A stretch of 64,000 nt of DNA from Phoronis australis (lineage: Eukaryota > Animalia > Phoronida). The notes beneath the pieces were generated by a model, which was given only the letters and a program-made list of their open reading frames with translations, was not told the origin of the DNA and did no database searches. Location: the NCBI GenBank assembly GCA_002633005.1, contig NMRA01000020.1, positions 1,273,650-1,337,649 of the forward strand, written 5' to 3'. The position numbers were made by a program, and so were the translations under genes. How positions within the stretch are numbered: the stretch's first letter is position 1; every line of letters begins with the position of its first letter. Shown here piece after piece: positions 12,821-25,700 of the stretch.

Positions 12821-13488
12821 CTTCTTGATACGATTTCTTAGGGTATCGATGCGCTGATATTCTGACAACAGCATTGCAAATAGTTAAGGTGAAGAATGCA
12901 TGCTCACATGATGTTCTCTGCACATTTGTTGCTTTGATAACGTTATCACTGACGGTGTTACTCTATCAAAAATCGCAAATTAAAGAGCAATTTTGATAGT
13001 AAAATCCTCCATGAAAATATTTTAATGATGTGGATTTCCGACTCTGCCCCAATTTTTGTACTTCAGGGTGACCTGACAGGGCTGCTGGGTCCCCTGTTAA
13101 TTCCAGGTTGTAGTTTCTCTTGAGAGGCCTTTTTATTTGGTGCACCTGAATTGAATAAATTTACGTTTTCGATTATTTTTTGGCAGCTTTCCCAGATTTC
13201 CGTAAAACTTCCAAGCTCAGATTTGGAAATTCTGGGTATTAAAAAAGGCATAAAAATTGGTACAGTGAAACCTGTTGGGATATGAACAGATGTTATTGAA
13301 AGTATTTTTGTCTGCATTAAACTCACCATTCTAACACAATGTGTCCTTCGTTGATTACCACAATTGCCACGTTGGAAGCTAATTCCTTGTTTTGCAAATG
13401 TTTCACACCATCACTTGTTGATGTCAGAGCCTCAGGGTTAGCATACACTACTTGATAATTTCCATTAATTATATCACTAATTGGAACA

Positions 13489-13842
13489 CATAGGCGGATT
13501 TAGGGGGGCGGGGGGCGGAGGGCAGAGCCCCCCCCCCCCCCCNCCCCCCCCCCCCCTTGGCTGCTGCAAGCAAAACAAAACAGCAACAGCGCAACGCGTG
13601 AGGAAATATAACTAGGACCGGTACTGGAGAAGATGAGGGGGGACTCAGACCCCAGATCGTGGCGGGCTCTCGTTCCCGTTTTTATAGTTTTTAATTTTTT
13701 AGTCGATAGATTTCCCGAACAGAAGGTTTATATTCTGGGTCCCCACAACTTTTGGGACGCCTGTACACATACAACCGCGCTCTGCCCAATTCCCCGAGGC
13801 AATATGTTGGGCCCCCCTTCTGGTATCCCTGATCCGCCACTG
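13489..13842. mobile_element. MITE with CA(T/G)..GCGGAT termini and 5-bp TSD
   Basis: GAACA|CATAGGCGGATT ... GATCCGCCACTG|GAACA, with internal poly-G/poly-C runs. Confidence 0.6.
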
Positions 13843-14874
13843 GAACAGTACTACAAAACGTCACCAGTAGTTTCTTCATCATCAGTATCATCATCACTAA
13901 TGTCTCGCAAAAAATTGTTGCTGTTCTGATGTTATAATTAGTGCACGACAAAGATCTACTCAAGTTTGGGGAACAACAGCGCTAATAAGGAAACAAATTG
14001 CAGCTCAGTGTGGGAAAGTCAATAACGCAATTAGTTGTCAACTGTTCTTCTGCTAGTTTTATTTCATTTCAATCGCACAGTGAACCTTTTATGTTTACTT
14101 AGTGATAACTAAAGCGTTTCAATGATGTTTGTCGTTTTAAAATTGCTTCAATTAATACTACAATTAGTAATCCAATATTCTCCGCATTCGTCGCGATTCC
14201 ACTCAGGGATTCCATTGACAGGGAATTCCCCGAGTATGCATGACAAGGGAGATCAGTCTTTCTTTTGATAAGTAAACGAGTCAACAAATACGGATTTTCT
14301 CATCAACAAGGATTATAATTACCATTTTTAAGAGCTTAGTCCTAACTGCTACAAAACTCATTCAAATTACAACAATGGCGAAACGTTTTTTTGTGGTTTA
14401 TTTGGCGCGGATACGAACCGATATGATCTCGCGAGATCCAGCCTCACCCGTTTTTCGCGGTATTTTGTAAATGTGATGTGCCATATGTGAAAGACTAGTC
14501 GCCGACCGACTAGAGCGACATCTTTCGTGTAAATGAGGTACCGACGGTACAAAACTAATAATACTAAAAATAAGACGTGACCACCTAAAATAGAAAATAA
14601 ACTTATATTCTTTAGTATTTATTTTAAACAAATTACACTTTTGTTGCTACACAAATAAACGACAACACATTAAAATACAAAAAATAAACGAACCAATTAA
14701 ATCCGGGTTTTTAAGTACAAATCAATGACATAGTAAAGGGAACAAAAACCAAGAACAAAATCATCTGTCACCATAGGTTATGTCAATCAAGTGCTATCTG
14801 CTAGTGAACAAACAGAACAGCAAAGTAAAACTTATAGAACTAAGACCAGTGTCAGTCTAATCTAGATAGACAAT

Positions 14875-15990
14875 TTACGCTGTTTGCCATTTGTTACTTC
14901 CCTCTCTGAACCACGGACGGCCGTCGATATCCAGTGCCCAGATAGTACCACTTACGTCGTCGACATCAATCAGTTTAAAATTTCCTTCAAAGCTCGACCA
15001 TTTTCGTCCAGTGGGGTTTCGCGCACACATTCCATAACGGAAATACACCAAGTTGTCTGTAGTAGTGATAAAAACAGTGTCATCACCAACGCTTATTATA
15101 CTGACAGTGTATGGGCAATGTACCGTCTCCCAGCCGCTTCCAGTCGTCCCTGGTGTCTGATAAGTTCCTTTCCTGTAGATCAGATCCCCTGTTGATCTCA
15201 CGGCCCAAACGCCTGCTTTTCCCACGGACACGTGTGCAATTTTAGCTGCAATGTAAGTCCAGCCACTTCCAGAAGATGTCAACGATGAACCAATCCGCCG
15301 GTAAAGATTTTGTTCGCCGTTTACGGACCAAACTTCATTTGAGTAGGAGGAAACACTGATTTGATGCACATAACTATTAGCTGACTGCCAAACACTTCCG
15401 GTTTGTTGGTTTGCATTTACTGACGACCTATAGTAGACACCATTGTCTGTGTTCGTTCCCCAAACCACGTTTGTCCCGGACGAGATGCATCTAAAGGTGC
15501 CTGGTATTTGCACCCAATCACCTCCGGATGATGGGTTGGTTCCGGGCGCTCTGTACGTGCCACTTTTGTGCCAGATGGAACCGTCCGTATGCGTCGCCCA
15601 CACTCCAGACTGTCCGGATGAGATCCAAAAAAATCCAGTTTTTGTGTGTGTGTGAATCCATCTGTAACCAAATTGCGGAATTGTTGTTTTTTCATAAAGA
15701 TTAGAGCCATTTTGTTTTGTACCAAGAACAAGGTCACATGACGTAGTTACGTTGCATATGACTGAGCCTGTGCCCTGTCCCTGTACTGAAAAAGCAGTAC
15801 ATTCCAGATCCCGAAGACACACTTGTGCGCACTGTGACACAAAACTCTTCACAATAGTTTGGATGGTCGCTCTTACGGCAGCGTCTGTTTGTTTCGAAAA
15901 CCAACATTCTCGCATGTTATGTTGGGAGCTAAGTACACATTTCGCACAAAACACCATTGCCACAATTTTCAAGGCATTTAAACGACTCAT
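14875..15990 (-). CDS. Secreted lectin-like protein: signal peptide + PAN/apple domain + six tectonin (TECPR/tachylectin-1-like) repeats, 371 aa
   Basis: ATG at 15990 (MSRLNALKIVAMVFCAKCVLS, hydrophobic leader). PAN-like C...CAQVCLRDLECTAFS...C segment. Six repeats of the type ISxG..VW....G.IY.R.G....G..W. A possible 5'UTR acceptor (ttcatag) lies at 16019-16020. Confidence 0.88.
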   Translation of the reverse strand: MSRLNALKIVAMVFCAKCVLSSQHNMRECWFSKQTDAAVRATIQTIVKSFVSQCAQVCLRDLECTAFSVQGQGTGSVICNVTTSCDLVLGTKQNGSNLYEKTTIPQFGYRWIHTHTKTGFFWISSGQSGVWATHTDGSIWHKSGTYRAPGTNPSSGGDWVQIPGTFRCISSGTNVVWGTNTDNGVYYRSSVNANQQTGSVWQSANSYVHQISVSSYSNEVWSVNGEQNLYRRIGSSLTSSGSGWTYIAAKIAHVSVGKAGVWAVRSTGDLIYRKGTYQTPGTTGSGWETVHCPYTVSIISVGDDTVFITTTDNLVYFRYGMCARNPTGRKWSSFEGNFKLIDVDDVSGTIWALDIDGRPWFREGSNKWQTA

Positions 15991-18089
15991 CTCGCTGGCG
16001 ACTTCACCTTTTCTGTGCCTATGAATCAATCAAGGATTTAAAAATACAAAAATATGGAAACGAAGGTTGTACCGGGAAATCGATTAATGAGCCCTTACGC
16101 ACTCTTTTCTGAATTGCTAATGTACATTGGGATTTACAGTTGAATGTCATCCATCTATGTTAATTTATACGAACCATTTCTTTACGCGGGATGGCAATGA
16201 TGGTGACCATTGACTTAGAAAAACTCTGTGAACGATGATCGATGAAAATTAACTGTTGAGCATCCTATCACCCAGGTTCCTTGGCTATGAAGACGGAATT
16301 GGCGTTCTAAATACGCGTCCAAATTATCAGGCCCAAAAGGTGATTCTTCGAAAGATCTCATTGTTATCTATTCGAAACACGAGATCGAGGCTAAACAGGC
16401 AATACTTTGATTGTCTCCACTTCGTGTACAGGCGATCAGTTGTGTGTACCTGATTAACTTTTGGTTTCGTTGGAGGTTTCATCAAAAAGGCTTTAGTAGC
16501 TCGGGAAACGAAGAGTTGAACAAAATATTGAAATATTAGGCTGAAAAGTTCATACACGGTGTAATAAATCAATATAGTATAGGCGCAATCTTCAAGTCAA
16601 GTCTGGCCCTCGAGTATTTCATAGTCTCGTTTGAGGACTACGGTAAACTATACATTTATTATTTATTATCGTGACCCGGATCTTAGAATACTAATTCAAA
16701 AACAAATAAACTTGATATTTATCAAGTCCCCGGACTCTTGGGCTTATACATGTAAGTCACCTGAATACCCATGAATTCCCAAACGGTAATACACATGTAC
16801 ACACAAAGTAAACAAGCTAGTCCCCTAATCAAAACCTCGCAAGAGTTTTCGGATAATTTTGAAACAGGTCTAGAAGGGCGCATTCACTTGGAAACTCCAT
16901 ACTTTAACTATTATATCTGGGCAAACGAAAATAAAATGCATTTTGTTTTCAATTAAATTTTGGTCACATACTCCGCATAATCTTTCATTTAATAGAGTTC
17001 CCGAAAACATCCCTAATTCCACCTCTAATGGCAAAATTCCTTACCGTAACAATGCTAACACAGAGCTCAATGTAGCGGAAAGAAATACGTATTTTTCAAT
17101 ACAGTATTCTGACTTGGTAGTCTATACAAGCGTAATTTAGGTTTCGAGTCAACCAAGTCCCACCACACCCTTTCCTCTTTTTCAAAACATAAATTACCAA
17201 AATATTCAACATCAACCACGTTTTGAAGTGAATGCTTGGAGCACTTGAACCTCTGACAATATATCTTTGATAAATGAGCTCCATTTATTTTTACATAATA
17301 TTATATTCATAAATAAATACACGTTTTGCAATTCTTTTGTCATCCATCACAATCCATAAACGAACCAGGTTCTCATGCTGTTGACAAATTCCTGTTGCCC
17401 AGACGGTGTCTCCGTATGGGAATACTTATGTACTACTAGGAAAAGCCTAAGGGCTCCAGAACGAACCATTTCACGTTGGGAGAAACATTTATAGACCCAA
17501 ACCCCAACAACGTTTTTACTCTTAAACTATCAAACACTTTTTGCAAATCCATTAAGTTTTTTCAAATAACTGAAGTTAAAAAGAAGACATGGTCGGAGCC
17601 GGACCTGTAACTTCGGAAGCCATTATGTTCTTCAGCCAATTTATTATTAAAAAAATCAAAAACTCCATAAATCTGTTATTCAAAAGACAGTTATGAACCT
17701 TGATGGTTCGTGGACAACAGGCTAATTCCCCAGTCATACTTAGATCTTGTTATGTCCTTTAGGTATTGAAACAGTAATTGCCTTGTACCAAATGGGTAAA
17801 CTTTACTTGAATGTCAGAGCAAAACTGAATAATTTAACTAAAAGCTGAACAAGGTAATTATTATAACTTCACTCGGGATTCCGTCAATTCCGACTGGTTT
17901 TCCTCTCTTAAGTTTAAATACAAAATCATTCACCTCTGCAAAATAAAATTCTTTTTCCAGACAATCTTAGAAAATTGGTGGGCTTCGATACTCTGGATGA
18001 GAGAAAGAATTCTCTGCATCAGACAAAAGCGATTCAATATCATTGATCCACTTCTCATCTTGTGTTCTTGGAAAAGGGCCATAAAGTTC

Positions 18090-19092
18090 AGAAAAGTCTG
18101 CCACGAAAAGGGAAATACGTTTATACGTCAAAGAGAGATGGAGAAAGTGGGAAAATACCAAAGATGGTGTCAAAGATTCTGGGTTTCGATGTAAATGCTC
18201 TTTACCTTCACAGCATCATCAATGAGCAACCGACCGGACCATTTATTCGTCGTAGGCAAGAAAACAATTTCCAACGAAAATTTTCCCACCCTAAGGCGCG
18301 AAAGGCAACGGCTTGGTTGGATTACGTAGCGTGGCAACGAGGAATCAGTATTCGTCACCAGTTGAACGGGGTTGTAAAAAGGGTGGATCAGCATAATATT
18401 CCAGTGGAGGGTTTCTGTCGTCAGTCGCACAAAGTGTTCCAATTCCAAGGATGTTAGTGGCACGGCCACGACTGTCGTCTCACGAGAAATGACGATAGAA
18501 CTCCCGAGGACGAGGAACGAAACTCGAAACGTCGCCATGAGTGAGCTTATGGAAAACACCAGAAAAATTAGACTATACGATTGATCAAGGCTTCGATTAC
18601 GAAGAGATTTGGGAGTGCGCATTTGAGGATTTGAAACGGCAAGACGATACTTTACGTTCTTTTCTCAGAAGACGAGAGTTGTCCACGGAACGTCTCTACA
18701 GCTTGACATTCGTTCTAGACGGTACTCTGTTCGGGGTTGTGGAATGTGACATCGAAGTCCCGAGGCCTCTGAGAGCCGGAGCACTTTCCAGAAATGCAAC
18801 CTATATTCAAGAATGTAGATCTCAGCAGAGACGACCTAGGAGACTTTATGCAGGAGTATGCCGAGAGAAACAAAATCAGGCGCTGACCACGACGATCTCT
18901 GGTGGAAAGTTTTTTCGGCGAGAAAATTCCGTTGGCAACACCGCTTTTGAAATGGTACTTGGAACACTGCCTGGAGATAACAAAAACGTCTATCAAGTAG
19001 TCGAAATAGGTAAAATGCTTCAAAACGTTTTGGTGAGGAAGTCAGCGACGCTAGGCGGGAAGGGGACAAAGACAAAAGCAAAGCTATTGTAG
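18090..19092 (+). pseudogene. polB: Decayed Polinton/Maverick protein-primed DNA polymerase B fragment with embedded Vsr-like nuclease segment
   Basis: PolB motif A (ILGFDVNALYL...PTG), then VEGFC..VFQFQGC*WHGHDC and GFDYEEIWEC, then LFGVVECDIEVP, LATPLLKWYLEH and EVSDARREGD. These segments are spread over several frames with stops. Confidence 0.8.
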
Positions 19093-19647
19093 TGCAAACG
19101 ACTCGTGATCCCCATTCGTCGTCCTGGTAGTCGTCTGAATTGCTGAAGAAGCGCTGTCGTTCTACATGTTTAGGCCTACTGCGAACGATGGGGAATGCGT
19201 CGACTAGTACATGTACAGTGCTGGGCGGCTGAAGACACGATTAACTAACATATTGTATATATAAGGGCGTTGTCTGGAAAGCGAATGCAATTTCAAATGC
19301 TACCAACATCAAATTCACCCAACCGTTTTATACATTTAAAACCTTTCTCATCCACAGCCTTTGAAACGCCCGATGTTAACTCATGCAGTGATACACTGAC
19401 GCGTCTTCATGCAACTGAGGTGACCTAACACATCTGGGTTCGCTTACGTTTTTAACCACAGTGAAAACTCTAACTTGTGAAATTTGTTTGTGGACGAAAT
19501 GAAACTGATAATCGTTAACATTTTCTGATAATCTGCGTGGAAGATAAAAGGGCCGTTTCTTGTGGTGGTCACCAGTTTAGCGCCGTCCACGGTCGTCACC
19601 AATTTCGCGCAGCTCAGTCTCCCTCAGTCACTACTAATTTACGCCGC

Positions 19648-19775
19648 NCCCCCGAATTTTGGTACTTCCTGTCTTTTTGGTTGACTTTTATCTTGTTTTC
19701 TAATTTTTTCGGAGTAGTTTGTTTCTCAGAGAAGGACCTTTTTGCCCACTTCATCCAATGGGGGTCGCACGCATA
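19648..19775 (-). mobile_element. Partial copy of the 34082-34325 MITE family
   Basis: The reverse complement reads GAAGTGGGCAAAAAGGTCC...CTCCGAAAAA.TAGAAAAC.AGA.AAAAGTC...CAGGAA.TACCAAAATTC, as in the copies at 34082 and 44708. Confidence 0.7.
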
Positions 19776-20399
19776 AGGAAAATCTTAGATGACACACTTA
19801 CTGTTTAGAGTATCTTTAATATAGGAGCAAATAACGTATCATTAGAGGTTCTTGTTACAAGGACACAAAGCCTATTTTGTCAAGGCTTTTCGGGTATTAA
19901 TTTCCTTAAGTTAACAGCCTTGGCCAGAGCAATAGTTTGCCTGCCCACACAAAAAGGACATTTATCTTGGGTTCGCATGCAAACGGGTCCATAACGTTGG
20001 GGGAAGACTCTGATGGTCCAGTACAGAACAATCGACATGTTATGCTCAAACCGTAAACAAAGGATATCTCGACTTTTCTTTTGTCAAAAAGAAGTCCCTG
20101 GCTCTAAAGTGTGTCATCTTGATTCAACAAATCCGAATGACTTTGCTTTCAAAATGTGTGCGTATCAAGTTTTCTTAGACTTTTCAGAGTCATGGTAAAG
20201 TGCTCGTTTTCAAGACGATACATGTCATCATTTTAAAATGGGTACTTGACAGAAATGCATGTCATCCACGGGCCTTTCTATGTGTAAATCCCGGCAGCAC
20301 TGCAGGTTGTAAAATATTTTGAATTCTTTTTTAAATCTAAAATCTCAAATTATCTCCCTTCACTAAATCGCTGTCCGGCTCAACATTTTGGCAGAATCT

Positions 20400-20560
20400 G
20401 CCAGACGTATCCAAGGTTTAGCGCCAGACGTATCCAAGGTTTAGCGCCAGACGTATCCAAGGTTTAGCGCCAGACGTATCCAAGGTTTAGCGCCAGACGT
20501 ATCCAAGGTTTAGCGCCAGACGTATCCAAGGTTTAGCGCCAGACGTATCCAAGGTTTAAC
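20400..20560 (+). repeat. Minisatellite, 7 x 23 bp (GCCAGACGTATCCAAGGTTTAGC)
   Basis: Six identical units plus a seventh with one substitution. There are no spacers, so this is not CRISPR. Confidence 0.95.
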
Positions 20561-22117
20561 GCCTAACTCCTGCGAATTACATTGCCTCATTGCTGGCATT
20601 GACAGTGGTTCCATGAGTCGTACTAATTGTCAGTGCACGAGATGTTCCGCGTTGAAGGCGGCTTCATCATCATCGTCAGTGTTGGTATTTGTGACATCAT
20701 TTCGGTGTTAAATGTCGACAGAGTCGGCGGTGATGATTTGAGGTGTTGTGAGCGTAATGCAGTCTGCGGGGTCGCGTCTTTGCCAGACTCCTCTATTTCA
20801 GTCGATTTCACCAAGTGTCGTTCCGTCACAGCGCTTTCATTTATTTATTAGTAGTATAATTGTTCGTCTTATAGTGTACAGTTTTGGAAGCCAACAGGCT
20901 GACACTTTATTTGGAACAATGAATGACATGCAAGTGGAAAGCCCGTGTCACAAACTTTCAAAGTAGCTGCATTAACAGAAGATGAACATCAAAATAACAA
21001 ATATAACACAATTCTGTGAAACATTATTAAAAACTTTTCTTAAAGAGATTGGTTCACAGCTATTTAGTTGTAGTTAATTTGTATACACGTGTTGACTGTT
21101 AATAAAGATTGCTTATAAACCACATTTCTTTTTATTTCATACCCTATATTCTTTTATTATTCGAGTAAAACACGCTCCCTCTTCCCCACAAAATTTTGAG
21201 AACAGAAATTTTGAACTTCGGCTATCTTCGGAACACGTCACATCAGGAACGCATCAGGAATTCCTGACCCGATCACTGCCAAGTGTGTCCATAGGTTTGT
21301 GGTCTGGGCTGGGAATATCAGGCACAAATGGTATCTCTTGTTTGTTAGAATCGGTATATTATACAACCTTTGCCCATTAATTCTCTAAAATGCGACACAT
21401 ATGCACATGGTCTTGTGTGTTGCCATAAACATTTTATAGTAGTTAGTAGGGACGTGACCTGAGCATTGCAGAGTCAGCCTGACTGAGTCCACAGTGTCCA
21501 TTGCTGTGTGCCAAGAGGAGTACTTTTTCAAATGTATAGACGGATTTTTAGATTTAAACTGGAGTAAATATTTGAAGAAGAATGCCTGACTGTTGTGTAG
21601 TTGGAGGCTGTAGCAATACGCCAAGGTCTGGGGTATCTTTGCACAAGTTTCCCACTGATCCAAGACTGGCGTCGCAAGTGAGAATACTTTGCGAAGTCCA
21701 CGCGGAGTGGAGCGTCGCCGAATTCGGTAGTATGTAGCGAACATATTTCTATGGACTGCTTCTAGAAACATAGCCTGTGATCCAGGTATGGTTGCAAACC
21801 AGGATGAGTGAACTTTTAGAGAGTATTCGAAACGCTACATGCCGTCACTTTCCAGAAGCTAGTGGGCCTTGAGATAGTATTAGCAACCTAACATTCAACG
21901 TGGCAAAACGGCGGATACCATCGACGGACACTGTCGGACAGGATTAGTGCTAGAAGTAACCAGTAGATTGCTTTTCTTTTGCGGGACGGTTTTTGCAACA
22001 TACCGGCAAGTGTTTGTAAGTGGATGTGCTGAATAGCCTGGTGCTCGTTACCTGTCTTTGCAATCCATTGAACTTTAACCTAATCGATCACTAGCTGGAC
22101 TAAATGAACACTAAGAG

Positions 22118-22736
22118 TAGGGCAGTCCAACTGATTTTTTTTCGATTTGCAAAAATACTTCAATATAATCGGGAAAATAATGCATCCCACTCAATAAAAA
22201 TTGAAAAATTATCAAAATCTAGTTAAGCAGTACACATTCATTGCAATGTTGATGGCGAAATTTGGGTCATTTGTTTGGATCTGGTTAGCCATCTAGGACA
22301 ACAGCGGCATAAGGTACGAGTTTAAAACCGTGCATAATTTATTTTCACCAATAATTTACGATGAAATTTAGTGAGAAAGATCTATACCTACTATTCTAAG
22401 CAATTCAATAGTTTTCATTGGATTTCAGCCAAGCAGATGTTATTTATTGGGTGATAAAAATGCTCACAATTCCCGTTGGCACCGACAACATGGCGAATTC
22501 TGTTGAACTGAAGGACATATTCAATCGGCTAGTTTGTACTTGGTGAAATTTTAACTTTGATAAATTTTGATGAAAGCTGCTACAAAAAAGCAAATTTGCA
22601 CAATGTTTATGTTTTTGTGCAAAAAATATAAGGAATATTCTAATTATTGCAGTGTGAATATCCCATTCAGTTGATCATACACTCAGCTTAAAAATTGTTG
22701 AAGTTTTGAAATCGTTTTTTTCGTTGAAAGTCAATT
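22118..22736 (+). mobile_element. TAGG-terminus DNA transposon, copy 2 (right end not seen)
   Basis: Colinear with 7442-8055, sharing for example ATAATGCATCC.ACTCAATAAAA, TGCTCACAATTCCCGT.GGC and GCTGCTACAAAAAAGCAA. Confidence 0.75.
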
Positions 22737-25700
22737 GAGCTTCAAGGTTTGATTATGTGTCACAACATAATTCATATTTTTCTAAATTGTATTTATGAAT
22801 CTTTCTTTCAATACATGCGTTGTAACTTTTTGCTTTCTTAATTCAAGTTATCAAGGCCCAAAATGTAAAGGCTCTTAATTAGAGTAATAGGTCATGTTGG
22901 ATTGTGAAGCTTCCAGCCTCCAATCCTTTTTCCATGCAACTTTTTATTTTTCAAATCCTCCTTGACGAATTCTAATGTAAGGAAATACCTGGTCGCCATG
23001 GTTATAGTTAGGCATATCCACTTCCGTATCATGTAAATTTGTCTTGTTGTTGGATAACGTTTGTAATGCTTAAATTTCTAAAATACTGGGCATTCTAAGT
23101 TACGTATTTTGGTAAAAGATTAGATAATTTTGACTCACATATAAACTTTGCTATACTGAGATTATTTCAGTTGTGACTTATGTACAGAATCGGCACCCTT
23201 AAACTACCTTGAAAGTCTTTTTACTGTAGAAACCAAATATATATTAATTACGACTGAAAGCACTTGATTTTAATTTTAACTGTGGATTAAATCATAATCG
23301 TCCTCTGATTTGTTCTTTGATTTCTATAACTCAGTGACCTAAGCATGATAGAATTAACTTGCTGTAATGAACACCTGAAATAATGTATTAACTGGCATCT
23401 TCAGGTATTTCTTGATGCCTTCGGTTTATTATTTCAATAGATTAACACATGAATGTAAAAAACCAAGTTCATAAAACTTCTATTTCAAGTGTTCTTGTAA
23501 TTCTGTCATTGATTGCCACCTCCACTCAAATTTCAATTATATACGTGGTTAAATTAAAGGCACTATTTCCGCTTCATTTTTGTTAAAAACTTCATGAAAC
23601 GGATCTTTACGCAAACACTTTTATTCGAATCCTAAGCCCAAATAATAGCCTTTGCCATGGCATCGAATTTTTTTATAGTGAACTGAATTTAATACAGATT
23701 TTTTTAGCTTAATTTTTTCATTTTGTGTGGTGCACCAAGAAATAAATGGATGCCGGACGAAGTGTCAATCGAAGATTCGAGTGTCGAATATGAACTTGGA
23801 GTTTCGGTTAATCTCANAAAAACAATATTATTTAATTATGCCAACAAACGGAGTGGAAAGGAATTATCAAATGAAGCACGCAAAATTTTGGAGGGTTGAC
23901 TGCTTGTAGCAATTGCAATACACAGCTGTCTTCCTGATCTGACATCACAGACGGTTATGTAACCACATATGCCTGTTCTCAAAATTTACTCGACGGCTGA
24001 AGTCCGAAAAGGTCATTACTACTGGGCTTTTCTCATTAACCAAGCTGTGCCGACAAGAACTGCCCTGTGCAACGGATTCACACAGTGCTAATATTTGTTT
24101 TGAAAAGCAGTTGAGTAAGACCTTTCTGACACAAAAGAAAATGGTGAATAAACTCAAGATTCAAAATCAGACTCCACATCCTACTTATTTCGCTGGGCTG
24201 CCGGCGGCATCATCATGATAAATCATCAGGCCACAGGTCAAGCTTGAGCGAGAAGTCAACTGCCACAATCTCATCATCGTTTCCAACTATTATTTCGAGA
24301 ATCTAGGACAGTGAAATCGTAATTTATACGAAAACAACCCAGAGGGTTGACATGCACCATAAATGGTAGAGATACACAGCAAAAGCGGTGCTTATTTTTT
24401 CAAAACATTTCCACGCACTAGAGTGAGCAACACGGGGGAATTTAACACCCGAGTCTATAGAGGGCGAAGTGCTGCTCATCCCAAACTTAGCGAATATATA
24501 GTTGCCAACATCTGAGAATGAACCAACCGGACGCATCGACTGAAACGCAGGAGTTACGGATATACAGTGAGACATCTGGACCTATGTCAAAACGTTATTG
24601 TGAAATGTCAGCAGCAACACCCCAAAACAGCGTTTTAGGTGAACTGGAAAATAAGACAATATCTCCTGGAAATCCCAATAATATATGATAGGGCTGCCCA
24701 CTTCTGCTATGTCAAAAAGCCAAACATTTTAATGGTATGGTGGGGTGTGGGACAAACCTTCAAAACGTCCCACCAACAGCCGGACAGTTGACAAACCTCA
24801 AATGACGGAGGTGAGAACAATTTCCACCAATCTGACTGTATTTGAGAGTGTTTCTAGTGTCCACTGTTGGTCTAGTGCTGGGAACGTGCCTTGGTTTGTC
24901 CAGAAATAGTCATGCTGTAATCCACATAGGTTGGGAGGGCCAAACCTTTGAACATGATTTCCATAGATACTTGATCACATATTACCCAGATTTCACGATT
25001 GCCTTTCAAACCATTTGGCGGTCAGAAATTCAGAGGCAGATAGAAAGACGCCAGACACCAACACAGCCATAGTTTGTAGGAACACCTGTCAATTCGCATC
25101 AAGATCCAGGTAGAGGCAAACACAAAAACTTAAAATTGCCACTAGGTCGCATAGCAGTTTGTCCCTAAGATGTGATCCTGCAAGAAGTGTTGGAGATACA
25201 GCAGCAGACACTAAACATCCAGACAGAGGTAATGGCAATATACACCCTCATCTGCACATGTGCGCTCTTATGTGGGTGTATAAAAATTAAATTTTGAAAC
25301 AATGAAGTTTAATGCTGTTAATGCTTCACAAATTCAAGGGAGAAAAATATATCTGTTTAAAACTACAAATATCTGAGCTTGTCTCAACATCGCCAATGCT
25401 AAATTCTTTTAGTCAAAATGTCCTGAAATGCTGACAAATCATCAAATATTATACATAAAAATATATAATTCTTACAAAAATGTAAAAATAAATGTATTTT
25501 GTATTACAAAAGAAAACCTCCAGAGGTCAGTGGCCAATATCATGTTTAATATTCACTGAGATTCACTATTCTAGCCCGCCATTCATCTCCAGGGAGCTGA
25601 AAAGAGCAATTTTCAATGGGGTACCTTGTTTTGCTGACTCGACGACCTAGCCACCAAATCAGACACAAGAGGAAGTTCACGCCAGCAGACATGGATGGTA

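Noticed and set aside
14425-14438. Palindrome GATCTCGCGAGATC (BANP/ZBTB33-type motif)
   Set aside because: It lies downstream of the tectonin gene with no associated gene start, and is probably repeat-borne.
14884-16024. ORFs overlapping the tectonin CDS (likewise those overlapping the SLC46 and RT frames)
   Set aside because: These are shadow frames of real coding sequence with no motifs of their own.
20400-20560. Possible CRISPR array
   Set aside because: The units are contiguous with no unique spacers, there are no cas genes and the context is eukaryotic.
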